From Bugula neritina (taxonomy: Eukaryota; Animalia; Bryozoa), in contig OZ037770.1 of the NCBI GenBank assembly GCA_964035545.1, positions 8,190,973 to 8,254,972 of the forward strand: a stretch of DNA of 64,000 bases, read 5' to 3'. Position 1 is the stretch's first letter; every line of letters starts with the position of its first letter. The translations under genes were made by a program, and so were the position numbers. Shown in pieces: positions 42,501-52,279 of the stretch. Under the pieces are notes generated by a model. The model did not search any database. It was not told where the DNA came from and worked only from the letters and a program-made list of their open reading frames with translations.

Positions 42501-45500
42501 CGTGGGGCCAGTCTGTACACTTCTTGCTCCAAGTCGTGTGCCCTAGCTTTTACTTCACGTAGGTTGCGGGCCCAGGGGGACGAGCGAGAGGAAGTCGGCT
42601 GTCTGTGTCTTTTCCGCTCGGAGGATGGAAGGGGAGGAGGGAGTGTATACGCATTTGTGTCTACCCTCTGTAGTACGACACGAGGAAAGGTATGCGGTAT
42701 GCGTAGAGGACTGTGAGGTGGAGAGTTAGTAGACTGTGTAGGTTTATCTGCGGCTCCAGAGATGATGGGTCGCGGGGAAGGGAAGCCTTGCTCCAGGCGA
42801 GATAGCCGAGCTGGGTCAGTGATGAGTGGTTTGATGGCGTTGAGAAATGCAGGATAGGATGATTCGTCTACTTCATAGACATGTCCTTGATAACACTGCA
42901 TAGTACGTTGGTGACGCAGTAGGTAATCACGATTGTAGCTATATTCTCCGCAAGGGCAGAAAGTGGTGATGTAATGTTGCGGCAAGTGTACTTTCAGTCT
43001 GCGGTGGGTTGTAAATCGCTGCTGGCAGAGGTTGCATTCGCGATTACTCTCACCTCCTTGATGAGTCCTAATCTCTCTTTCTGTGGCAGGGGTAATCCAG
43101 TTGGAGGTTGCTTCCAACTGGGGTGGCAGTTGCCTGGTTGTAGAAGTTGTTGGGGCCGGCTCTGGGCCCCACGCCATCTCTAGAGAAGGCATGCCCGGAG
43201 AGACGGGAGCGAGTGTGTCTACAAAAGTAGAATTATTGTTAGATCGCGGTGGATCTTTACAACATAATTCTAGTGACTGTCGACCGTTGCTAGCCTGAGA
43301 GTCACAGCTTTTGAAATGCACTCGAGGAACCGATGAATCATGTGTGGACTGACCAAGAACAGTGTCTAGCTCCAGGTCTAACAGACTGTCGGCCATTACA
43401 GTGTCTTCATCATCATTCACATGAAACGTGGTTCCCAGTAATTCTGATTCAATCTGCTGAGTTAGTTCAGAATTTACTGGCATCGAGCCCGTTTCCATGA
43501 ATAGGAATACAAGACTTATACTGGCTTACCTGGGAACTCGGTATTAATGTCCATACTCAACGTTCTTGGTAAGATTGGAGCTGGTTGTGAGATACGTCTG
43601 CCTTTGGCGATGTCAGCATAAGAAAAGGCTGAGCATCGTTTCTGAGGCACGAGGTCGGAACTATTTGCTTTACGCGCATTAATTCCTCCCACTATTCCGC
43701 CCTCGCAAAAGTTGATATTTGCGTGGGGTTCACAACTCCAACATTTTATCGTACGGTCTTCCCCTAGACTTTCATGTGCGCCGCTTCTAATGCAGTCACA
43801 TACGAAGTCTTTTAAATATGGTGGGGGTTTCCTCGTACGCTGTCCCCTTTCTAGGGGGGGTGACACGCTTGCCGGTTCGTTAGTAGGGGCCTCTAATGGC
43901 GTCTCTACTTCACCGTTAGCGGTCACCTCTTCTTGTTCTCCGGATGGAGCCCCTCCCTCCATGGGGGTTTGCACTTCCGGAACCGCCTCGGTTTCTGGAA
44001 GTGATGGAATTAGACTTGGCGGTGGCAGACACGCTTCTGTTGACAAAAGCTGCCGCTCCTCTCTCACCAAGTTTTCTTCCCGCGGTATGACCACTTCGTA
44101 TTCAGGTCCATGCCGCCGTCGCCCGCGCGTTGTTGTCTGCCTCCTGGGCCCTAACAACAGGGGGGCTTCTTCCACTCCGTCGGGGCTAGCCCAATACGGT
44201 TTCAAGCGAGACTCATTCTGGATAGACACCTGTCCTGAGCGCTCGATCTTGTACGTATGATTGGGCATAGCCTCGACGACCACGTAGGGGCCTACGAACT
44301 TAGGCTTCAGTTTATCAGCCTGTCCGCGACGCCTACGGTAATTGACCATCCACACCTTATCTCCCGTTTGATAGAGAGGTGGTTCATCGGAATCTTCGTG
44401 CCGCACCTTCCACTGCTGTTGGCGCAGTATATCGTGTGCGGTCTTCATCCGTTCCACTAGTTCACTGGCATACTCGTGAACCGAGTTGTCTTGCTCTGGA
44501 ACGTGATAGGTGAGATGGTCAGGGACACGAGTCTCTCTCCCGAGCATCAAGAGGTTTGGGGTCTCACCAGTACTGGTGTGTGGGGTGCTACGGTATGCAC
44601 GCATGACCTGCGGCAACACCGTATCCCATTCCTCTTGACCTCGTCCAAGGAGGAGACTCCGGAGTGCATCACCTAGCATCCGGTTGTTGCGCTCCACCAC
44701 CCCGTTACCTTGAGGGTGGTAGGGGGTGGTCCTGCTCTGATTTACTCCCCAGAGGTGACAAAGGTCGCTCATCAGTTGGGACTGAAATTGAGCGCCTTGA
44801 TCAGAGTGTATCTGTTCGGGAAGCCCAAAATAACAGAATACATGTTGGTCTAGTGCCCTGGCCACTGTTGGGGCTGACGCATCTGGGATAGCCAGAGCAT
44901 CCGCCCACCTAGTAAAGTGGTCGGTTAGTACTAGGATCCAATTATTGCCTCTGGGGGTCAGGGGCATGGGTCCGACCAGGTCTACAGCGACTACTTGCCA
45001 GGGCCTACCAGCATATAGCCTCCGCCGTCCTGCTTCACCAGGGGGGCGGCTATGCTTACTGGCCTGGCAGATCTCACACTGTTTAACTCTGAGCCGGACG
45101 TCACGCTCCATTTGTGGCCAGTACCACCGGAGTCGTAATTTGGATATCACTCTCTTGACCCCTGCGTGGGCCTGTTTGTGAGTATCCCAAATCAACTCAC
45201 GGCGGATGGCCGTGGGGCAGACTACCCTCTTCCTTTCCGGGTGTCTGCCGCTGGCAGCTAGGGAGTTGGTGAGTAACCCATCCTGCCCGATCCGCAGCGA
45301 GTCCCAACGCTGACAGTATAGCCGGAACTCGGCGCATCCCTGTCGTATGCGTTCTTCGCTGGGTCGTCGCCCTTCCTTTTTGGCCCGGTATATGTCTGCC
45401 ACGACTCCAGGCAGCTCTTCTTGGAGCTTCTTCAGCTCTCGAACATTACCGGCCAGTACAGGGTTGGCGCGGAGGTTTTGTACATCCTCCGGGGACTCAT

Positions 45501-48500
45501 CAACTCCTTGCCTGAGTTGACCCTGGTCCCAGTCAAACGGTGCTCCGTGCTGAGCCAGCGTCTCCAACTCACATCGCGGGGGACCTCCATCCCTCCGCTC
45601 GATGTTGAGACACTGTTTGCAACCTCCGTCAGGTCGGCGACTCGACCCATCCGCATTGCTGTGTCTCTTGCCCGGTCGATGTTCGATCCGGTATGAGAAT
45701 TCAGCTAGGATTTCGAGCCACCGGACGACCTGACTAGAGGGCTCTGCTCTCTTGCACAACCAGATCAGCGAGGCATGATCCGTACGCAGCCGGAACTTCC
45801 TGTCGTATAGGTATGGTCTGAAGTGCTTCACTGACTTGATTACTGCCAGCAGCTCCTTGCGGGTAGTGCAGTAATTTCGTTCAGCGGGTGAGAGAGACTT
45901 GCTGTAGTAGGCTACTACTACCTCTCGGCCTTCCTGCACTTGTGACAGCACAGCGCCAACATTTTGGTCACTGGCGTCCGTGTCGAGGATGTACTCCAGA
46001 GTGGGGTCTGGGTAGGCCAAGATGGGCGCCGTTAGTAGGCAGCCCTTGAGGCGGTCGAACGCTCCTTGTTCGACTGGGGTCCACTGCCACGTCACTCCCT
46101 TTGCGGTGAGCCGGTTTAACGGCTGGGCTATGCCCGCAAAGTCCGGTATGTATTGCCTGTAATACCCTACCAGCCCCAAGAAAGCCCGGAGTCCGGTCAA
46201 GTCTTGGGGGGGTGACCCAGTCTTCTACCGCCCGTACCTTTTCGGGATCCGTTGCCACGCCGTTTCGACCGACAACGTGCCCCAGGTACTTGACCTCCGG
46301 CTGCAATAGAGCGCACTTGGAAGGTTTGAGCTTAAGACCGGCACTTCGGAGTCTCTCGAAAACCTCCTGCAGACGACTGACATGTGTCTCGAAGTCTGGA
46401 GAGATTACGATGACATCATCGAGGTAGACCAGCAGTGTCTTCCAATGGAGTCCGCTAAGGACTTGTTCCATCAGCCTATGGAAGGTGGCTGGGGCGGAGG
46501 TTAACCCGAAGGGTAGCACCTTCCACTTCCACAAACCGTCCCGTGTGATAAACGCCGCTTTCTCTTGGGCGTCGGGACTCAGAGGAACCTGCCAATAGCC
46601 GCTTAGCAAGTCTAACGTACTGAAGTACTTGCTGCCGGCTATGGCGTCCAATGACTCGTCAATACGAGGTAGATGGTAAGCGTCCTGTATGGTTACGCTA
46701 TTGAGTTTGCGGTAATCCACACAGAACCGCCAACTGCCGTCTTTCTTCCGGACCAGTACGACTGGCGAGCTCCACGCACTATGGGCGGGCTCTATCAGTC
46801 CCCGGTCCAGAAGATCCCGTACTTGTCGGCTAACTTCCTTCTCTTTTTCCGGCCCCAGCCTGCGTGTGGGCTGCCGGACAGGGACTGTCCCTGCAGTCAG
46901 CGGTATTTCGTGTCTGACAACTCCAGTCAGCCCCACGTCATTATCTCCGCTACTGAACACATCACCGTAGTCGCGTAGCAGCTTCGCCATGACTTGGCGT
47001 TCCTTGTTGCTCGCGCAGCCGCCACTGGCTGTTTCGTATAACTCCCGGAGATGTGTTGGGACTGCCCCTCGTCCCTGAATAGGGTGTCGAGGGGGTGCCT
47101 CCGTCGCGTCACCCAGCGACGGGCCCACGTCCTCTTCCTGGACGGAATGGAATCGGCCCAGCATTGACCCAGCTGGGAGCTCAATGGGCTCGGTAAAGGG
47201 GTTGACACACTGCACTAAGACCTCCCCTCGCTCAGTTAGTCGGTTTAAACTACTGGCGAGTTGGATCCTTTCGTGCGCGCCTTCAACGACCCCGAGCCTG
47301 GCTATCCGGTTGCTGTTCACTCGGCAGTGGATAGTAGCTCTGGAGCGTCCGGGCACGGTGCAGTTTCGAACTACCTGAACACCGCCCACCAGAGGACGTC
47401 CAAACTTATCCACACAGGCGAGTTCTCGCCCGCCCATCAGCACCACCGACTTACTAAAATCTATTCGGCACTGGTGTTGCTTCAAGAAGGGCATTCCGAG
47501 GATAGCATCTTCCTCCAGTTGACCTATGATAAAGGTCTCCTGTACAGCCTGGTCTCGGACACGCCCAGGGAGCTCGATAATACCATAAAAGGGAATACAT
47601 GACCCGTCTGCCAGGGTGCCATGTTCCCCAGTATACGGTCGTACTCTATCCCTGTCCCGGCGGGGCAGTGCCTCAAAGACTCTACGACTGAGAAGGTTGG
47701 TAGTACAACCGGAGTCGAGCAGGAAAGTGACGGCGTTGCCGGCCACCTTTCCGGGTAGGAAATAGCTCTCTCCATGTGGTTGTACTTTCACCCCCCCCCG
47801 CATGTGCTGTCCTGGATTGACAGGACGGCGGGGGTTTCACCCGTGGTTTACGGGGCTTCCGGCGGCGAGGTTGGTGCCGGCGGGGTTTGGGGCTCTCCAC
47901 TGGGCCTTCTGGCTCCATTTCAGTGGCGGGCTCCTCTTCCCGAGGTAAGCGGTGAAACCGGTTAGCGAGTGGCAGGGAGAAGGTACTTGGCCGTTGTGCG
48001 GGCCTACTAGTCCTGCGTGGTACCTGCCACTCGGGTGGAGTGTTCCGTCGTGTCCGTACGGACAGACGACGGCGTGTTCCACCATACTTCTTCAGTTGCG
48101 GCCCGCGGGGAGGGAGAGTGTCCGCGGGCCGTGACAGTTTAACGCCCCCTGGTATTGGGGTCGTCCTTTCTGTCCCTGGTCCTGGTCAGCGCTACTCCAG
48201 CCCTGCCCCACAGGTGTTGGGGGCACCCGCAGGGCCTGACCGGGGCCAGCACCGGCCAGAATGGTTACCAGTTGTCCCAGCATCTCTACCATACGGTCCA
48301 CTTCGGCTTCCAGCGGGAGGGCTTCGGGACCTGTAGTAGCCCTGGCAGCGCTGGCTCCAACTACTGGTGGGTTCCGTTGTGCTCTATGCATTTGGGTAGC
48401 CAACAGGTAAGCTTCTCCAGCCTTCAGGGCATCCTCTATTCTGGTTATCCCCTTAGCTCGTAGTTGATGGTGTAGGCCCAGGTCGTTTAGTGACTGGACA

Positions 48501-50306
48501 AAGGCGTCATAGGTGTAACGCTCTTGGTGCTGTGCTGGCAGATCGCTATATGCAATCTGCGCCAGCCTCTTCACTGTCGCGGCATGTTCTTGCAGCGAGG
48601 TTTGCGGGGTGCGGCACAATCTCTCTAGCTTGGTCCTAGCGTCTATTGCGGAGATGCCAAAACGGGCCCGCAGCGCAGCCAGTATCCCGTTTACGTCCGT
48701 TCCCACTCCGTACGGCTTGGCTTGTTTCGTCACCGCTCTCCGCAATTGGATAAGGGCCACTCTATGCGGCCATTGAGCAACCTCCATTACCTCTCTAAAT
48801 TCTTGTATAAATTGTTCGACATCTTCCGACCCAGTAAAGGTGGGAGCTTTCAAGCAATGTCTATAAGCTTCTTCTCCCTCACGATTCACAGGATTAACAG
48901 CATTTCTACGCTCACCTTCTACTGGGGGTGGTTGCATTCTAGCATTTTCAGTCTCCATCTTTGATGTACACAAATCCCACCGCTGCCACCACTGTTAAGA
49001 TTTTCAGATTTAGGGTTGATGTGCCACCAAGAGAGTCTATTTATCACTAGAGAAACTGCACCGAGTTAAGTCGAGTAGATATCGTTATATTTTAAGACAA
49101 GAATACATAATAAAATCTAATGTACAACAGTAATGATACGCACGTCTATTTAATTTACAGCACTATCCTCAACTGAGCTAGTAGCGCGAAGCTGCTACTA
49201 GTACTCATAAAACAGCCTAGCTAATTGGCTAATACATTGTTCCGGGTCAATGTGCAACCTTGCGTATTGTGTTGCTGGTAGCTCCACGAGCCACCACAAT
49301 AGCCACATTTAACTCAGAAATGTCCTAATGCAGACAAACTTCAAATAATAACACACCATGGAAGCTATACTTAACAATTTTGTGCAATACCCGGCACTGG
49401 TGTGATCTATAGAGAATACTCATATTAGTTACTAACATGCAAAATTACATGCAAGTTTCAAGTTTTATTAAAACTAACTTTGCTAAAAAAACAACCCAGT
49501 ATTACCATACCACAAGTGTGATGAGAGACTTTGATATCTCCATGTTAAACAGTCCTGTGTTATTCATGAGCTAGTACTTCACCATAGTCAGTCACTCTAA
49601 AGAATAGAAATGTCAACACTTAGTTTTAGACACCCTGGCTATACACCTGCTGGGCAGCAGACAGACACATGGGTTCCAGTACACCTGTCTTAGCAAGGCA
49701 CACAACCTAGTGCTCCAAGTCATTGATCCTTTTAATGTAAGAGTTGTATAGGTATAAAAAAACCTTCCATTGTGAGCAGTTCTAAAGTAGTTGAAAAGGT
49801 TTTAAACAAGGCTGTATTGTTGAGATAAAAGATATTCATAGCTCTACATTTGTGTTTCTACTATTCAATGACTATCAATGTAATATATTGCAGTTTAAAC
49901 ATACAGCATCTTCCCACTCAGCCATGACAGGCCTACATGTTCAGTTTATCAGAGTACAGTCTGTGAAATATAAAACAAACTAGCTAATTTTGACAAAATC
50001 ACAAAACTTCCAAATTCAATTCCGAGAGAACCATCGAAGCTGCACATCTGGTAAAATTATACAGTAGCTTCAGTATCTATTATTCATGAGTGAAGTTTGG
50101 TGGGGGGTTGACATAACATCACCTTAAAACTACTACTTCTCCTTATAACTAAATGAGGAAATACTGAATGGGTTGACAACACCACACATACATCTGGTGA
50201 CTATATCTGACAATAAACTCTAGAATACAGGACAGTATTACCATACCACAAGTGTGATGAGAGACTTTGATAGCTTCATGTTCAACAGCAGTCCTGTGTT
50301 ATTCAT
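18413..50306 (-). CDS. FN3-repeat type I membrane protein with receptor-type tyrosine phosphatase R3 (PTPRB/PTPRJ/PTP10D-like) ectodomain; whole gene span
   Basis: More than 30 phase-compatible GT-AG exons: signal peptide, Thr-rich linker, about 16-17 FN3 modules, PTP_tm-like juxtamembrane domain, TM helix. No catalytic exon found. Confidence 0.85.
18891..20062 (-). CDS. Three exons of the R3-RPTP membrane-proximal domain (20062-19877, 19532-19397, 18995-18891)
   Basis: FSLNSGNIIKYQILV, SWAEAKKNDFKEPYAIS, NRKKR, INVGTDTSC...LCNGPLKSNQQY; intron phases 1/2/2 are consistent. Confidence 0.85.
19015..19142. repeat. 18-bp tandem repeat, about 7 copies, intronic
   Basis: Unit cagtaactcactaactac. 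Confidence 0.85.
20330..20760 (-). CDS. Last FN3 module (exons 20760-20579, 20483-20330)
   Basis: ISWEEPNPPNGVITGYRIQW...LSHNKKYTVSIQART. Confidence 0.9.
21041..21872 (-). CDS. FN3 module (exons 21872-21715, 21164-21041)
   Basis: PNAPDTV...SIYINW...SYRISV; YNITGLEPYTEYTVSVQAKTSAGYG. Confidence 0.9.
21905..22228. repeat. 16-bp tandem repeat, about 20 copies, intronic
   Basis: Unit tcaactagtgtatgtg. Confidence 0.93.
22471..25862 (-). CDS. Four FN3 modules of the downstream 5-kb unit (exons B 25862-25743, C 25388-25215, D 25087-24969, E 24788-24629, F 23596-23462, G 23313-23152, H 22940-22765, I 22684-22471)
   Basis: All splice sites canonical; exon lengths match the upstream unit; motifs SVTLTWNKP..NGVVVAY and LSPFTNYTFVVWAFN. 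Confidence 0.88.
26438..26620 (-). pseudogene. Type A FN3 pseudo-exon lacking both splice sites
   Basis: Relative to 31626-31916, the acceptor plus 5' part and the donor are deleted. Confidence 0.85.
26695..26904 (-). mobile_element. tRNA-derived SINE
   Basis: Minus head GGAGCAGCCGTTGTCTAGGAGTTAGAGCG...GAGTTTGAACCCC (A/B-box like); related copies at 30910-31100 and 33370-34218. Confidence 0.65.
27441..31916 (-). CDS. Upstream 5-kb unit, five FN3 modules (exons A 31916-31626, B 30841-30722, C 30379-30206, D 30082-29964, E 29784-29625, F 28564-28430, G 28281-28120, H 27910-27735 with dead acceptor, I 27654-27441)
   Basis: Exon-for-exon paralogous to 22471-26620 at an offset of about 4970-5000 bp. 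Confidence 0.85.
30910..31100 (-). mobile_element. tRNA-derived SINE, absent from the paralogous intron near 25915
   Basis: GGAGCAGCCGAGGTCTAGGGGTTAGAGCG...GGGTTCTAGTC head; the flanks join directly in the paralog. Confidence 0.7.
32541..32710 (-). pseudogene. 3' half of a type A exon (no acceptor)
   Basis: Homology ends at tggagagtta; donor retained. Confidence 0.8.
32947..33237 (-). pseudogene. Type A FN3 exon with in-frame stop
   Basis: Splice sites intact but LTPG codon GGA changed to TGA at 33026-33028; NPNP micro-duplication. Confidence 0.85.
33425..34066. mobile_element. Harbinger-type MITE (642 bp) inserted in a SINE
   Basis: TIR GTGTA(C/G)GGCCACACGACGC; flanks tat/taa; empty TAA site in the related SINE copy near 26750. 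Confidence 0.85.
34793..39790 (-). CDS. Five FN3 modules from 2.36-kb A-B-C tandem units (exons A 39790-39506, B 39319-39200, C 37742-37569, A 37437-37147, B 36960-36841, C 35382-35209, A 35077-34793)
   Basis: Canonical phase-1 splice sites, open frames; exon offset 2359-2360 bp and introns alignable. Confidence 0.88.
40491..40976 (-). CDS. First FN3 module (exons 40976-40891, 40680-40491)
   Basis: TDVSVSNPQTDSITVSW...PTPGAEYTVRVLAFN. Confidence 0.85.
41038..41120. repeat. 26-bp tandem repeat, 3 copies
   Basis: Unit tgtacttgtaacagtatgagtacatg. Confidence 0.8.
41494..41578 (-). CDS. Exon: end of signal peptide plus Thr-rich linker
   Basis: tttacag|IVLCVTLNYSSSAQSTSTTTTTTTLAPP|gtgagt; phase 0 in, phase 1 out. 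Confidence 0.8.
41851..42156 (-). repeat. 3' LTR, preceded on minus strand by PPT GGAGGGGGCAG
   Basis: Direct repeat of 48993-49298. Confidence 0.96.
42425..43498 (-). CDS. Gypsy ORF3: 357-aa C2H2 zinc-finger / coiled-coil protein in env position
   Basis: Intact ATG-to-stop ORF between pol and PPT; CNLCQQRFTTHRRLKVHLPQH, CPCGEYSYNRDYLLRHQRTMQC, RKRHR, C-terminal heptads; no signal peptide or TM. Confidence 0.85.
   Translation of the reverse strand: METGSMPVNSELTQQIESELLGTTFHVNDDEDTVMADSLLDLELDTVLGQSTHDSSVPRVHFKSCDSQASNGRQSLELCCKDPPRSNNNSTFVDTLAPVSPGMPSLEMAWGPEPAPTTSTTRQLPPQLEATSNWITPATEREIRTHQGGESNRECNLCQQRFTTHRRLKVHLPQHYITTFCPCGEYSYNRDYLLRHQRTMQCYQGHVYEVDESSYPAFLNAIKPLITDPARLSRLEQGFPSPRPIISGAADKPTQSTNSPPHSPLRIPHTFPRVVLQRVDTNAYTLPPPLPSSERKRHRQPTSSRSSPWARNLREVKARAHDLEQEVYRLAPRVQAASSELKYLQESIKRMKRAARS
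43516..48143 (-). CDS. pol: Gypsy pol (protease LLDSG, RT YLDD, RNase H, integrase HHCC/DDE/GPY) with two homopolymer frameshifts near 47795 and 46210
   Basis: ORFs 45968-47803 and 43516-46200 plus the -1-frame N-terminal segment. Confidence 0.93.
48092..48958 (-). CDS. gag: Gypsy gag
   Basis: ORF directly after the PBS; KAPTFTGSEDVEQFIQEF capsid-like start; conserved in the second copy. Confidence 0.9.
   Translation of the reverse strand: METENARMQPPPVEGERRNAVNPVNREGEEAYRHCLKAPTFTGSEDVEQFIQEFREVMEVAQWPHRVALIQLRRAVTKQAKPYGVGTDVNGILAALRARFGISAIDARTKLERLCRTPQTSLQEHAATVKRLAQIAYSDLPAQHQERYTYDAFVQSLNDLGLHHQLRAKGITRIEDALKAGEAYLLATQMHRAQRNPPVVGASAARATTGPEALPLEAEVDRMVEMLGQLVTILAGAGPGQALRVPPTPVGQGWSSADQDQGQKGRPQYQGALNCHGPRTLSLPAGRN
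48099..48143 (-). promoter_or_regulatory. Putative -1 ribosomal frameshift signal (G_UUA_AAC, 5-nt spacer, 10-bp GC stem)
   Basis: GTTAAAC tgtca CGGCCCGCGG-13nt-CCGCGGGCCG near the gag end; the -1 frame is open into pol. Confidence 0.75.
48974..48991 (-). promoter_or_regulatory. Primer binding site, tRNA-Leu
   Basis: TGGTGGCAGCGGTGGGAT is complementary to the 3' end of metazoan tRNA-Leu(AAG/UAG), ATCCCACCGCTGCCA-CCA. Confidence 0.88.
48993..49298 (-). repeat. 5' LTR
   Basis: Direct repeat of 41851-42156, adjacent to PBS. Confidence 0.96.
49511..49567 (-). CDS. Candidate first coding exon, copy a (MNNTGLFNMEISKSLITLV)
   Basis: ctttag acceptor at 49597, GTATGG phase-0 donor; joins IVLCVTLNYSSSA to complete a signal peptide. 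Confidence 0.6.
49628..49730 (-). mobile_element. Short SINE-like remnant
   Basis: gttgtgtgccttgctaagaca...gtactggaaccc resembles common tRNA-SINE core sequence. Confidence 0.35.
50247..50306 (-). CDS. Candidate first coding exon, copy b (MNNTGLLLNMKLSKSLITLV)
   Basis: Duplicate of 49500-49620 with the same splice sites. Confidence 0.6.
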
Positions 50307-50521
50307 ACTAGCACTTCACCATAGTCAGTCACTCTAAAGAATAGAAATGTCAACACTCAATGTTATCTTTATTCTCAACATTTACACACTCTCCCAACAA
50401 GAAGGAAGTTGCTGTTTAGCAGCTTAGCCACTAGCTGAATATCAGCCAATCACATCTTAATTATCACTTAAAATGAATGATGCAATATGCAAACAAATGC
50501 CTATATAGTACAGTTACATCA

Positions 50522-50846
50522 TGTATGACTTCTGTAATATTTGTGACCTCAGGTGTATGACTTATTATATTTGTGACCTCAGGTATATGACTTATTATAT
50601 TTGTGACCTCAGGTATATGACTTATTATATTTGTGACCTGAGGTATATGACTTATTATATTTGTGACCTCAGGTATATGACTTATTATATTTGTGACCTC
50701 AGGTATATGACTTATTATATGTGTGACCTCAGGTATTGTGACTTATTATATTTGTGACCTCAGGTATATGACTTATTATATTTGTGACCTCAGGTATATG
50801 ACTTAGTATATTTGTGACCTCAGGTATATGACTTATTATATTTGTG
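50522..50846. repeat. 30-bp minisatellite, about 11 copies
   Basis: Unit gtgacctcaggtatatgacttattatattt. Confidence 0.95.
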
Positions 50847-52279
50847 TGGAATGTGAAACTGAATGTTGAAAGTAAAAGAGAACAACTCCTCATTGTAGAA
50901 AACATTTTGAAACTTTTGTTCTATTCTTGTACTTAGTGATCTCTTAATGTAGTAATCAATAGCTTATAATATGTTAAATGTTTGCACTGTTTACTGCCCA
51001 CTTCAGAAGAGACGTCAAAATCATTACATATATGTGTATTTACAGCTTCTCTGTAGTTCTTGAATTGGATTTATTGTCTCTTGGTTTTCTGTAGACGCCA
51101 TGGGAAAATTGCAGAAATTAATAAATAAATTACTTAAACTTCAGTCACATAAACCCTGGTTTCAGCAATTGTACTATAAACTTATCCTAAAACACTGAAC
51201 GACTTAAATGATATTTAAAAATAATTCATTAAAATCTGATCCAAATGAAAAAAAACATGAAATTGTGTTTTCTAAGAAACTACTCAATTGGCACCAAGAG
51301 CAAGTTAAAATATTTTAACTGTCATTAGCTTAAGCATGAATTCGTCAGTAGTCAGTCAAATCAGTAGATGAACCTCACAATAACCCCAAGTAAGGCCATG
51401 GCTTGTCTAGTTGTAATTATGTCACAAACCAAGCTCTTCGGCCATGTAGTAAGTATCGTTTATTTTTTATTTGATTCAATCAATTTTGACGGAATCCATA
51501 AATGAGTTTCAACAGAATTATATTTGCTGCTTTGTCACCTTAAAAATATTCAATTCCATGCCTAGCAGTCGTAGCTTACAAAGTACATGTTATATAAAAT
51601 ATATTGTTTGAAATCCTTAGAGAAGTTCTATATAGATGTTGGTAAAGACTCAATTCTAACAATCAAAAGTTCTAGAACACTTATAGAAAAGCAGCAATAG
51701 TTTGAGGAGTTGATTTACATACAGGTCTCTCATCTTTATTTAAGATAAAACCACAGTTTAAGTTCTAGAACAGTGATGAAGGCTAACAGAAAATTTCATG
51801 TTTACATTCAACAGAAATTAGATAAATAAAATATACACACATTCTATATAAAAAAATTTAAATTTCAGTATAACATATTAGTTATAGTAATATAACATGC
51901 AATAATAAAATGAACAGCAAAATAATAGATAGTAACATAGCTTACAGCATTTTGATATACTTATTGTAGCATTCAGTTATATAGAACAGAGTAATATAAA
52001 CTATAGCAGTGAGCATTTACAGAATTGTGAATGTTGAGGATAACATCATAAATAGCAAAGAACTTAAGATTTAAATGACCGAAAATGGGCTAAAGTTCAA
52101 TACACAGGTTTTAGTACCAATATTTTGTATTTTAAACTCTTTTGGCTGAATACTAACGGAAAAAGAATCTCTTCAACCCTGCTGCCCTCTTGTTGAAGTT
52201 TTTACAGCTTCCTGGGCTATTTGGCATGTTGATAATTATAGTTGCTAAATACTTACTTAAAAATGGGTCGAGTTATGCA

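Larger units (their letters stand above)
41851..49298 (-). mobile_element. Full-length Ty3/Gypsy LTR retrotransposon, 7448 bp, intronic and sense to the FN3 gene
   Basis: 306-bp TG..CA LTRs (41851-42156, 48993-49298; 6 mismatches counted), ATAG target duplication, PBS, PPT, gag, PR-RT-RH-IN order, extra ORF3. Confidence 0.97.

Noticed and set aside
47837-48092. Stop-codon read-through as the gag-pol mechanism
   Set aside because: Two stops lie in the gag frame before protease, and the conserved peptide is in the -1 frame
43712-48964. Many plus-strand ORFs within the Gypsy (and their mirrors at 60542-63997)
   Set aside because: Antisense shadows of GC-rich gag/pol
49906-49960. Candidate start exon MAEWEDA
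   Set aside because: Gives a poor signal peptide compared with the duplicated exons at 49511 and 50247; may be a UTR exon
50521-50757. (YYICDLRYMT)n ORF
   Set aside because: Translation of the 30-bp tandem repeat
51044-52245. Possible small minus-strand exons near 51045-51090 and 52158-52244
   Set aside because: No recognisable protein or phase-consistent chain could be built
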